Below, in pieces: positions 52,345 to 64,000 of a stretch of 64,000 nucleotides of DNA. Both the position numbers and the translations under genes were made by a program. Where the stretch lies: positions 73,534,001 to 73,598,000 of the forward strand of contig CM052816.1 of assembly GCA_028534125.1 (NCBI GenBank), read 5' to 3'. The number at the start of each line of letters is the position of its first letter. Positions within the stretch are counted from its first letter, which is position 1. The DNA is from Lama glama (Eukaryota). The notes beneath the pieces were generated by a model. It saw nothing but the letters and a program-made list of their open reading frames with translations. It was not told the origin of the DNA and did no database searches.

Positions 52345-52435
52345 TGAAATTGGAAGGGGCATTATCAATAATTATGCTTGGACAACAGGCCTAAGTACCA
52401 GAAATAGTTCCAGGCAAACTGACGGGAAAAATGAC
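52345..52435. mobile_element. MER81-like hAT-Blackjack fragment
   Basis: AAGGGGCATTATCAATAATTATGCTTGGACAACAGGC..AA...TTCCAGGCAAACTG. Confidence 0.55.
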
Positions 52436-53164
52436 TACAGTCATTTTAATCATAAATCAAATTCGTGTGTGGTACTATTTTTTGGCTACTTAGTTTCCTC
52501 TGTTAAAACTTTTGTCTGTTCCTATAGCTACAACACAGAGTTGTAATGATTAAAGGTTTATAATGTAAGACAGTTTCAGGCAAGTTTTAACAAAATTTTA
52601 AGGAAGATAAAATCTGCAGCACGTAAAACTGAGAAAGATTACTATGCAGCATATATCAAGAACTCTTAAAAATTTCTAAGAAAATAAAACAAAAAGAGAT
52701 GACTTCATATCCATCAAATTAAGAAAAACTGGAAATTCTGGTAACACTGAGAGTTGGAGAAGAGTTGGTGAAATGGAGAATCTCATGGACTGCTGGTCAC
52801 TCAGCAGACAGAGGGGAAAAAAGAGATCTATTGAACTTCTTCATCAAAAATATTCCAAGGTGCCTTGTAGCCCTTTCTATTTCTATATGAATTTTCAGAT
52901 TATCTTGTTCCTCTAAAAACTACTTGGGTTTCTCTGAATGGTTTTTCTGCTCTTAACTGGATATATCACAGCTTGCTTGCGTAGGAGAGTAACAACAAAT
53001 TTAAATTATGGGTAATGTTGCTTTACTGCACCAAGGGACAAGTATGCCATAGAATATTTGGTGTCAGGACAGCCTTAGCAGAAAGATGCTAGGGGAAGAG
53101 CGTTGAGTGTTGTGATTGAAGGAGCGCAGCTGCCTCAAGTTGTCCTCTAACCTCACAATGCTCT

Positions 53165-53510
53165 TTATTTAAAATTTGTAAACTTTCATTTTCAGATACT
53201 TGTAGATTCACATACTGTTGTAAAAATTAGTACAGATAGCTACTGGGTACTCTTCACCTAGTATTTCCTCAATGGTACTATCTTGCCAAAGTATAGTACA
53301 AATATCACAACCAGGATATTGGGATTGATAGAGTCAACATAGAGAATATTTTCACTGCCACATGCATTCCCCCATCTTGCCCTTTTACAGCCACACGCGT
53401 TTTTCTCATCCCCACCCCTTCCTTAACAATAGCAACCACTAATCTTTTTTATTTCTATAATTTTGTCATTTCAAGAAAGTTATATCATGAAATCATACAG
53501 CATGTAAGCT
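53165..53510 (-). mobile_element. L1MB/L1MC-like 3' end
   Basis: GTAGATTCACATACTGTTGTAAAAATTAGTACAGA...TATCACAACCAGGATATTG...GCAACCACTAATCT...ATAATTTTGTCATTTCAAGAA..TTATAT. Confidence 0.75.
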
Positions 53511-53819
53511 TTTGGAAGGGGAGGAGACAGAAAGCAAGGAGAGGCAAGAGGAAGAAAGAGAAAAGGAGGAAAAGAAGGAGAAGAGGACTTGTAAACATCC
53601 TTTTTTGGGATTTTGACTGAATTGTTCAAAATGGATAGCTTAATTAGGGGGAAATTAATTTTTTCCAACTGTCTCCTCCTCTTGTTTAAACAAGTTTTCT
53701 ACCTCTTCTTTTGTGTTTAGGTTTCCTCTTTTTAAATTATATCCCTGCCAATTGTCCTGACAAATTTGGTGAGGGGAAGACTGAAATTCTAAATTCAAGT
53801 AGCAGAGCCCTTTCAGTTG

Positions 53820-54045
53820 TACTCTTAAATCATGGTAGAACAGCTTACATGAATTCATTTTTCTTCATGGCACTTAATACATATTAACATATTATATATT
53901 TATCTGTCTAATCTCCACTGGAATTTAAGGTCCCTAAGGGCAGATAGGGCAGATTCTTTTTTTTTTTCCCTTATTGTTACATACCCAGAACTTAGACACT
54001 CCTGGCATGTAGTTGGCAAGCGAATATTTGTTGAATGAATGAGTG
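53820..54045 (+). mobile_element. L2 3' end
   Basis: CACTGGAATTTAAGGTCCCTAAGGGCAG...CCTGGCATGTAGTTGGC...AATATTTGTTGAATGAATGA tail. Confidence 0.75.
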
Positions 54046-55214
54046 GGTAAAAAAAAAGTTTGAAAACCTTAGAATGCTTGTATACCCCTAACAATTGTAT
54101 GTGAAGAGATCTCACTACTTCATATTTTCAACGTGAGGAAATTCAGAGGAAAAAAATGAAAACAATAAGAATTAATAGTAAAACAAAAGAGAGAAACCAA
54201 GCTTCAAGATCTAAAGTTTCAACTCCACCCCTCACTCTCTTGAAGGCTCTGACAATTCCCTAGTTTTGCATTATTTAAATTTTGTTTTATTATCTGCAAT
54301 CCTTGCATTTGGTCAACCTCCTGGAAATTTCACAGAATTTTTTAACATAGAATTTATAGCAAGAGTTGACTTCCTCAAGTCAGCTCTAAATTATCCCAAG
54401 AAAAAGCCTTCCCCATAGTATTTTGGCATTTCCCCTCCTGGCTCCAGTCAGATCCCAGAAGCTGTAAGGTGTTCCAAAGTGAAAAGTAACAGGAAGGGAA
54501 AATTAACCAAATTTCTGAAGCCTCCAAAACAAGAGGTTTCAAGTTGTATTTGCACTTTGTTGTGGATTAGTCATGAGAGATGAAGAGCCAGGGTTATTAT
54601 TTCCTTCAATCTAAGCATTCAGTTTTGAGATATTTCTCTGTTAACCTTTTCTTGGAATTTCTTTGTTTAAATCTCTGTTTCTTGCTGACAATTCATTTTT
54701 AATAAGATTCTTCTTCATGTATATTTAAAGAGTTTTCTTAACAGGAGCCAGAACACATTTAACATAATCAGGATGCACCTAATTAAATAGGGGACAGATG
54801 TCAATCTTTCCATAATACATGGAAATCTTGTAAGATTTCTTTTTAATTGAGCATGAAATATGCAGCAGATTTGTTGCCACCTATGTAGAATTACAGATTC
54901 AAGAATAAATATATATGATGGTGTACACACACAAACACAATAGTTTTCAAAGATACAGGAAAACAGAAAACACCTGCAGAACAATTTTTCATGTTACTTA
55001 TTATGCATTTCAGCCTAAAACCAAACTTACTGACCAAGCTTGAGAAAAAAACCGTCTTTCATTCCTTCCAGTAATGTGAGTACTGTGCAATGAGGAAAAT
55101 TGTTACCATTTCTCACCTTTTCTCATTATTGCCTCCCCACATACCCAAGGTAAACTGACAGAATACAGTTTTTCGTAGTCTATTTCATAGGCTTATCAAA
55201 GAACTACCCTAACA

Positions 55215-55425
55215 ATCTCAGTGTAGTGGAGAGAATATGAACACTAGAGTCTGACATACCTGCATTCGAATCCTGCCACAGTCATTTATTAGCTGAGTTC
55301 AGTGTCAGTTGACTTATGATGAAGAGGGATTGTAATATTTTTCTTGAACATTATTATAAAGATTGGAAACAATACATGTGAAGCTTCTAGGACAGACATG
55401 CCTTAAAGAAAATGCTCAATAAATG
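55215..55425 (+). mobile_element. MIR SINE
   Basis: GTGTAGTGGAGAGAATATG..CTAGAGTCTGACATACCTGCATTCGAATCCTG...TGCTCAATAAATG. Confidence 0.7.
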
Positions 55426-55609
55426 CAAAATCAGTTGAACTCTGAGAACACCTGAAAGGTTTTTTTTACCAATATTTGTTTCAAATGAAAAATTGATCTG
55501 CCTCCAAAATTTTTCAGACACATACATTTTATATAATGTTAACATGCTAACATTGGAATATCTTAAAGATCAACCAGTTCAACCCACTTGTTTAAGAGAT
55601 GATGAAACA

Positions 55610-56109
55610 NNNNNNNNNNNNNNNNNNNNNNNNNNNNNNNNNNNNNNNNNNNNNNNNNNNNNNNNNNNNNNNNNNNNNNNNNNNNNNNNNNNNNNNNNNN
55701 NNNNNNNNNNNNNNNNNNNNNNNNNNNNNNNNNNNNNNNNNNNNNNNNNNNNNNNNNNNNNNNNNNNNNNNNNNNNNNNNNNNNNNNNNNNNNNNNNNNN
55801 NNNNNNNNNNNNNNNNNNNNNNNNNNNNNNNNNNNNNNNNNNNNNNNNNNNNNNNNNNNNNNNNNNNNNNNNNNNNNNNNNNNNNNNNNNNNNNNNNNNN
55901 NNNNNNNNNNNNNNNNNNNNNNNNNNNNNNNNNNNNNNNNNNNNNNNNNNNNNNNNNNNNNNNNNNNNNNNNNNNNNNNNNNNNNNNNNNNNNNNNNNNN
56001 NNNNNNNNNNNNNNNNNNNNNNNNNNNNNNNNNNNNNNNNNNNNNNNNNNNNNNNNNNNNNNNNNNNNNNNNNNNNNNNNNNNNNNNNNNNNNNNNNNNN
56101 NNNNNNNNN
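55610..56109. other. Assembly gap (500 N)
   Basis: Run of N; the round length suggests a placeholder size. Confidence 1.
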
Positions 56110-59100
56110 TTTTTTTGTACTTTTTCATATTATATCATACATTTTGTTAAAGAAAATATTTTGTTACTTCATCTGATACTCCTTTGTCTGTCTGGTTTTT
56201 GTATTGGATAACACTCTCACCATAAATGAGTAGCCTGTAAAATGAATTTGAAACTCTCTCAGCTGTAAGTCATTCCATCATAACTTGGACCTATGGATCC
56301 CATGGGAAAAAAGAAGTTAGCTGTACCTTAATACCTTGTAGAATAATTGTAACACTTACGGTTTTGGAATTTCCCTGGATCAGTTCCATTCACTAGTTAC
56401 AATTCAATAATATCATTTTTCTTGTAACCTCTCTCACATTATGACATGAGGTGAATACAGTACTGTCCACATGTGACCAATAACGATGACAACCCACTAT
56501 TTTGGGAAAAGTATCAATTAATGCTTACTGTGGACTTGACACTAAGTATTTTTGTATGAGTGTTAATCACTTCTCTCTTAAGAGTTTCTTCAACCATCCC
56601 TAGGTAAGAATATGCCTGAATATCCCTTTTCTATTTCCTGAAATTGACCTATCCTGGTGACACAAAGACAGAGTGATTGGACAGAAAATAGCAAATTTAG
56701 AACCCACTGTGTCATCTCAGCCACTAGTCTTTGTTTTTGTTCTACTTTCTTATATGTGTTCCTAGAAAGGATTAGTGCTATGGAGGAAGTATATGACAAT
56801 TTTCTATTTTTATGGAACTATTAAACTTGTTGGAAAGAGAAGGAATAGAGACAAGATTTATGCTTGTGTAACACAGAATAAAATGTGAATCAGGTCACAA
56901 CCTAATGGTAGCACCCCAAATAGAGTGTAAGTGACATGGCAGTAGGGACCTTGGCTGTCTCGTTCAGCTCTGTGCTCAAGAACTAGGATAGTGCTGGGCA
57001 TGTAATAGTAACATCCTCTGTGTTCTGGACTGTCACTGATCATGACCTTGCTTGTGACTGTGGCAGCATGTGAAAGAGGGAAAGTTCATTTGACAAAAAG
57101 TGCTTAGAAAGGCTTTTCTGGAGAAAGGAAGGTTCAAATAGTCAAGTACAACTTTTCACTCTTACAGAGCTGTTAACTGAGAACTGCTGAACATTTTTAG
57201 TGATTAATAAACAACTCTCCTGAACCATAATCCACTGGCTTCCAGATCCTTTACCACATTTGAAAATCATTTCTGATTCTTTTTCTACCAATACCACTAC
57301 TACTGTAATGCTACCAATAATGCTTAGATAACCTTTAACAGGTTTATTGTTGAAATATTTCCCTTCATCATCTTCCTGTACACAATTCTGTAATTTCCAT
57401 GTAATATTTTTGAACTATGTCATCACTAAGGATACAATAAGATACTGAGAGTATAAACATGAATGAGGCATGGTTCATTCCTCAGGGACCTCACAATCCA
57501 GTATGCTTCAAACATAATTGCCACACTGAATAATAAATGCTACTGCAAGAAGCAGGAAAGCCAGATATTATGTGGGACCTACCGTGTTCCCCACTTAGAA
57601 TCAAACAATATGCTACTGTTTCCCATGATCTTGCAAGTCAGGTTCTCTGATATTTCATTTTACATCTGAGCCTTCTCTATTCACAGAGGCAGAGTATCTT
57701 CCCAAAGCAAAAACTTGCATTCCTGGGATCCACACTTCATGGTACTGACTACATTATGCTGCAACTTATACCTCTGGAACCCAAATTCCATCACCCTGAT
57801 TACCCTACACTGTGCTGCTTCTTCCATCAGTCTCCTTGCTATCCCTTCTCCTCATGGCCTGTCGTGTCCTCTGGCATGAGGTAAAAAATAAACAAATAAC
57901 TAACTAAGCTTAGATACTCTTTGATGTTCTTAATTTCCTAAAATTTCTTCTCACAAGCTTACAGTTTTATATAGTAACTTCATATGCTGTGTTTTAACGA
58001 ATGAAGAATTGCTATTGTGTCATGGTAGATCTAAGGCATAACTCGAGCTGATTCAGGTTGTGTTTTTACAGAAGGTGCAATTAACAATCGGAATATGTTC
58101 CCATAGCTATTACAAGACTTCTGGAAATTTAAATACATCCCCTTTAGCCACAGGAGAGCCTTCAGTTTGAAGAAATAATACCAAAGTGATGTTTTTCCTT
58201 CAAATCTTCTGCGATAGTACAAATGCTTAAATTCAACAGTAAAATTGTGTTCGAATTTACATATATTTTTATTAATTTTATCTGAATCAAGATCACCAGA
58301 CTGTAGCTTGTTCATAATGCACTCTGCTAACTAGACTCCAAACTTAAATTGTGAGTTCAAAACAACCTTGTAAAAACTAATAGAGGCCATTTATGGGCAC
58401 AAAGTCTTGCCTCTGATTTGATCATTTTTTTCCAGTGGCATCATTCATATAAAAGAAATGTGTTCTAAGGTTTTTCTTCTTCTCTTTTCTACGTTTGTGG
58501 TAAATATTCACTTTTAGGTATTACTATTATAATACAGAAAGTGTACTTCTCTAAACAATAGTGTGGCTACAGTGGCTGGAATAATATGAGAAATTGCTTA
58601 CAAAGAATTAGCCACCAAAGCAAATAAACTGGTTTTGAACTACAAAAGCTTCCCACAAAACGTTTCTGGGCTTTGTGACCTTGTTTTTCCTTTGGGTAAA
58701 CAGAATTCAAGGACATGGATACCAACCACTGCTGACATAAAGTTCTTAGGCTTCACTTCCCAAGTCCTTCTTTTCCCCTTTCTGAGCTGATGCTGCCACT
58801 CCAGAGAGCCAAAACAATCTGATACAAACCTTCATAGTGAGTCTCACTTTCTTCCATCTCAAGTACATTTGTAAGTTATTTTGACAGAGCAGCAGAAGTC
58901 AATATATTTTTTTACCTTTATGGCAACATTTTACGTCTTAAGTGTTTTATACATCTAATTTGTCATTCTTCTCTCCAGCAATGTAGTGGGGAGTCAAAAA
59001 TTGGCCATGGAATTCAAAGTCATAGACCAGTGATGATCTTAGGCCATGTAGTAACTGCTTTTAAATAGATGCTCTCCCAGACAGACAGCAGAAGGGAAAG

Positions 59101-59279
59101 GTAACCTTACTTGTAGTTATAGGGAACTAATCTGAGTTTTCATTGCCTCTGAATTTGAAGACGTTATTTCCTCTGCATTGCCCAGTTCTTAGAAATAATT
59201 CCATATGATCTTGTTTCACTTTACTTCATACACAATTGTTTCTGTACATGTATTATTCACACACATAAGAATTAATGAA

Positions 59280-59385
59280 ATGTGACAATGAATATATATG
59301 TTCATGTATAACTGAAAAATTGTGCTCTACACTGGAATTTGACACAACATTGTAAAATGATTATAAATCAAAAAAATGTTAAAAA
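59280..59385 (+). mobile_element. Young, 5'-truncated L1 3' tail with 13-bp TSD
   Basis: AAGAATTAATGAA at 59267-59279 and 59386-59398 flanks GACAATGAATATATATGTTCATGTATAACTGAAAAATTGTGCTCTACACTGGAATTTGACACAACATTGTAAAATGATTATAA plus an A-rich tail. Confidence 0.88.
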
Positions 59386-60499
59386 AAGAATTAATGAACA
59401 ATGAAAAAATAATGTATATAGGGAAATATTTAAGAAAAAATCAAAATCCTATCATTATGGAATATGTAATGGCCCTCTAAAATAACTATTTAACCAGCAA
59501 ATGGGTAGCTTTTAATGTAGCTCCCTTTCTACTATAATAGTGGACGCAGAAATACCAGATGTTTTTACTTAGGTCATTGTGGTGGCCTGAAAATAATTAT
59601 TTCCTCTGTTGAGGCCTTTGAGGATCTGTGGTGAAGAAAAAAAATTCAATGCCTTATACATCTAATGGAAACACATTTAATGGTACATGTATTATCAAGG
59701 CAGATTGAGAGAAACACTTTGGCAGCTTATAAACATGACAATGCCATATTGTGTAATACACCTTGCAAAACATAGGCTGAAAAATCTATATTAAAGAGAT
59801 AGGAACCCATCATGTTTCAAGTCAGTGGTTTGAAGAAAATTTAACATTTAAGTTAAAAGTAAACAATAGCTAAGCCATATCCAAACCACATCTATGCTTT
59901 ACTTGCAAAATAGTTTTGCCCTATAAGCAATTCAGAAAGACAGTTTTAATGAAATGCATAGTGGCATGTTGAGTTCCAAGAGACTGAAGGCCTTTTCAAC
60001 TGTCACTTTCAACAGTCCTGTTTAGGAAAATTTTCATTTTCTTTCCATTCCTCATAACATACTAAGCATATGATTTGGGGTGATGAAATGCCATGATGCA
60101 GATCACAAGTTTTGCTGTCCAGAAATTATTTGAATTTAACCAAAGCTGTTTCAGATCTATTGTTGAAAATAATAGTTCTTGCCAATCTGTGCTTCATGTA
60201 AATAACAACTGTTGAGTCATCACTGTATCATCAGAGATTTGAAACAAGTCTAAGAGTATGTTGAATCATGAGAAGTTCATATGAATAAGTGATTTTCTTT
60301 GAGGGACTAAGAAAATCCATACCAAATCCTGACCAGACAGACTTCTCAATGACATCATGTACAAGGAAAAATAAGTTAACTTTACTAAATTAATGAGTGG
60401 CCAATCATTAGGTAAACTCTTTTCTAGGTTTTCAGATCAATTTCAAATTGTTCATTATTAGTCTCTCACAATGAAGTATTAGGTTAGTCTTATTTTTTG

Positions 60500-60920
60500 A
60501 TAGATTTTATTGGATTGGAAAATAATCTTTTGTTCCTAGTTTGTCAAGGGTTTTGACACAAATGGATACTGAATTTTGTCAAATACTTTTCTATATAAAT
60601 ATGATCACATGGATTTTCTTCTTTAGTTTATTAACATATTGATAACAACATTGATTTTGAAAGTTGAACCAAACTTGCATTTCCAGGATAAACCCCAGTC
60701 TTGGTGGCATAATATTTTTAACTTGTTGAATTTGATATGTTGAGGATTTCTGCATCTATATTCATGGGAGATGTAAGCCTCTTCTTATAAGAAGAGAAAA
60801 TGGTTTTGTTAAAAAGATAAGTCTGACTTCATGTAATGAATCAAAAAATATTCCCTCTTCTGTGTCTTGGAAGAATTTGTGTTGAATTAATAATATTTCT
60901 TCCTTGAATGTTTGGTATAG
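60500..60920 (-). mobile_element. Ancient L1 ORF2 fragment
   Basis: AATGGATACTGAATTTTGTCAAATACTTTT; GTTGAACCAAACTTGCATTTCCAGGATAAACCC; GTTGAGGATTTCTGCATCTATATTCATG. Confidence 0.8.
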
Positions 60921-61109
60921 GTTTTTAATATCTAAATCAAATCCATTCCACTAAACATGCTTTAGAGTCAAGTATTTCATATAAACTAACACCATTTGCA
61001 GCAGAAATGTTATGAGACAGCCACATTTTGGGGTGAGAATCCTCAGTGTTTTAAAGGTATCATTTCTTGAATTGACTTTTGGATTCATTTAATTTCAGTC
61101 TAAATTTTA

Positions 61110-62650
61110 ACAGGGTTTTAAAAGAAATTTGACAAGTTGATTCTAAGTTTATGCAGATGAACAAAGAATAATCAAAATATTGCTAAAGAAGGAAAAGAAT
61201 ATGGTGTGACATGACCCATGAAATATCAATGTTTATTGCAAAGCTATAATTAAGACAGTGTAGTATTGGCATAGGGCAGACAAATTGACTAGGGTAACTA
61301 AATTGAGAAGACAGAAACAAATGCCTACATATAAGGATATGAGAATATGAGACACATGACAGATATGGATTATAACTCCCTGAGAAAAGGTTGAGCAGTT
61401 AAAAAAGTTCTAGGATTGGTGATGATAACATCATATGGGAAAATGAAACATTCTTACCTTATGTTACTTATAAAAATTAATTTCAAATAGGCTAAAGACT
61501 AATGTGGAAGGAAATCTTTAAAATTTAAGAAACCATAGTAGAATACCTATGACCTTGAGGTAGGAAAGAATTAGATACAAGGAAAAAAATTCTAACAAAG
61601 AAAGTAGGTTGATTAATAAGATTACAATAAAATTAAGAATTTCTGTTAATCAAAAGACATGAAGTAAACAAAAATACAGACTAAAATGAGACAAGCCACT
61701 TGCAGCACAAAACTAAAAAAGAAATAGCATAGCCATAATAGATAAAAGACTATGGATTGATAAAATAAAAAAATACCCAATAGAAAGTCAGCGAAAGTAA
61801 GAACAGACATTCCACACAATAATAAACATTAACATATAAAAAAAAGAAAATGCACAACCTCAGTAGTAAACACATAAATTTAAATTAAGACTACAATGAA
61901 ACACCATTTTATATGCAATATATTGGCAAGAACTAAGAAGTCAAATATTATCAAATTTTAGAGTGTAACGTGGATAGATCAGAAAGAACTCATACATACT
62001 ACTTGTGAGAAAGCAAATTATTATGACTTTTTTGGAAAATAATTAGGCACTACCTTGTAAAGTGGAACATTTTTATGTCTTCACACAGTTATTTCACTCC
62101 GAAAGAAATGTTTGCACATGAGGGCCAGAATATATACATATACATATATACATTTATATGTATATATTATTTTCCTTCTAGAAAATATGTACCAGGCTCT
62201 TAAGAGCAGAAATATTACTTATAATTGTAAAACAATGGAAACTGAAATGCCCTTCCTCATGAACAGGGAAATAAATAAATTATGCTATTTTAGGTAGAAC
62301 TCTCTCTATAGGATGAATTCACAGCTACACGCAAAGCTGCAAATAAATGGTAGAAATACAATACTGGTAAACAAGTCCTAGAAAATAATATATGACATCA
62401 CTTTTATAAAGCTCAACTGTTTAGGGAGTCACACATAGTAGAAAAACTATTTTTTAAAGCAAGGTAGTGGTAACATTCAAGATAGTGGTTGCAGCACAAG
62501 CAAGGGACTGTGACAGGAGAGAAGTACATGGGCCTTCAGTGATTTTGGTTTTGTACCTGAACACTTTATTGTTATGCTACATAATTAACATGTTTTACAT
62601 ATATATTCTTTCGTACATATCAATTATATAATTTAACAGTTTTTAAAGAT
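61110..62650 (+). mobile_element. Ancient L1 (L1M/L1ME-like) ORF2 3' end and 3' UTR
   Basis: GAAATTTGACAAGTTGATTCTAA...AAAGCTATAATTAAGACAGTGTAGTATTGGCATAGG...AAATTAAGACTACAATGAAACACCATTTTATA...AATAAATTATG. Confidence 0.8.
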
Positions 62651-63748
62651 TAAGTAAGTTTATGCGTGTATGTGTGTAATGCACTTTTGAAAGGCTTAGT
62701 TGTTATCTCAATACACGTTTTAATCTCATGCAGAAGGAATAAACAAAAGGCCATATTTCCCAGACTTCTCCACTCCCTTACACTGAGTAAAGAGAGAAAC
62801 AAGTTCCATAAGGATTAAGGGCTCAGTGACAACCATATGATTCATTCCAGCACTCCACCACTCCTGCTAAGAGACCCAGGCCTTCAGCCTGTCTATAGCT
62901 TGGTATCCTGTTTAGGGTTCTTAACTATAAGGTAAAGAAGGTCAAAGAGAAAGCTTTATCACCAGGAATGAGCTCAGTCTTCTTGTATCTCCAACTGCTT
63001 CCCACAAAGGGGAAGCAAATAGAAGACAAAATCAGTTAAAATCTCTGAAAATAAACAAGCTCAATGCCTTCCATAATCCTACAACCCATCCATAAATAAA
63101 TAAAATCAAAGAAAAGAAAAGAGGAAAAGAAAAAACATTTGACTAGTTGCTGAAATTCTTCTATTTTTGACCCTTTGAAGTTCAAGGTACATTTTTAGCT
63201 TTCAGATAAACTTGTACAACTGCACGTAGATAAAATGACCATATAATCCCTCTTGTCAGATAATTTTTTTAAAAACTGTCCAATTTTCTAGAAATACTTC
63301 CAGTAACCTATTGATATTTTCCTGTGGTCACATTATTCTGGCAATAATTAAGTGGTGTGAAGCAGCCTCTTCCAAGAGATGTTTTTGCCATTCCCTTGCC
63401 AAAAGAAGTAGAGGCATCCCTGAACCTATCACAATTTACACTCAAAATTTCCATCTATATTAACTGTATGATTTTCTTAATAAGCATGTGGTGGTTTCAA
63501 CAAACTTGGAGAAAATCTTGTGAGAATTACTGTGGTATATACCTTTAAAATAAAATTACTGAAGCTATAACCCACTGGTTCAGCGTTAGAGCAGAGATAG
63601 AACAATAAGTAAAAAGTAACTCAATTTATGTCTTAAATTATCTGAACACTAGTAAAAGGATATAGTTCACAGCAACAACTTACTTGGAAACTCCTTCTCT
63701 TTGCCTGTAAGTTTTCCTTATATAACATTATTACTTTCATGCCAATTA

Positions 63749-63790
63749 GGAAGGAAGGAAGGAAGGAAAGAATGAAGGAAGGAAGGAAGG
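63749..63790. repeat. (GGAA)n microsatellite, interrupted
   Basis: Read directly. Confidence 0.92.
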
Positions 63791-64000
63791 GGTTAAATGT
63801 AAGAGAAGGAAAACAAATAGAGAAGAATTCTCTAAGTCCTGATCAGCCTTGTTCTCTACCTCCTCTTTTGCTTTCTGTTAGGTAGGATGTGCCTAAATGG
63901 GAGAGGAAGGGAAAAAACTGAGTTCACAAAACCAGAATCTTTAGTGGTCAGTAGTAGAGTGAAGACTGTGGACAAATTTAAGTAAAGTATTTTTGACTAA

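Noticed and set aside
55493..56176. Three long ORFs of 178-227 aa
   Set aside because: Artefacts of translating through the 500-N gap.

Overview
AT-rich, CpG-depleted eutherian genomic DNA carrying the 3' half of FGF10 (fibroblast growth factor 10) on the + strand. It contains the last ~36.2 kb of intron 1, coding exon 2 (36236-36339, 104 bp), intron 2 (36340-40004), coding exon 3 (40005-40202), a long 3' UTR with an AU-rich element and several AATAAA signals, and ~20 kb of downstream DNA with a 500-N gap (55610-56109). The rest is mostly ancient repeats recognised by eye (MIR, L2, L1M, MER5A, MER3/33-like, MER2, MER81, MLT1, LTR16-like) plus microsatellites. One young, 5'-truncated L1 tail with a perfect 13-bp TSD, and the absence of recognisable Alu/B1/Bov/SINEC elements, suggest a camelid host (inference). 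Almost all long ORFs in the track are spurious, and I found no new protein-coding system. The best leads are non-coding: a YAG|GTAAGT recursive-splice-like site in intron 1, a perfect 26-bp hairpin beside a perfect 33-bp tandem duplication, a convergent CTCF motif pair (one inside an LTR), a TCF/LEF motif cluster, and possible truncated FGF10 isoforms from intron 2. All are sequence-based hypotheses; repeat boundaries and subfamily names are approximate.
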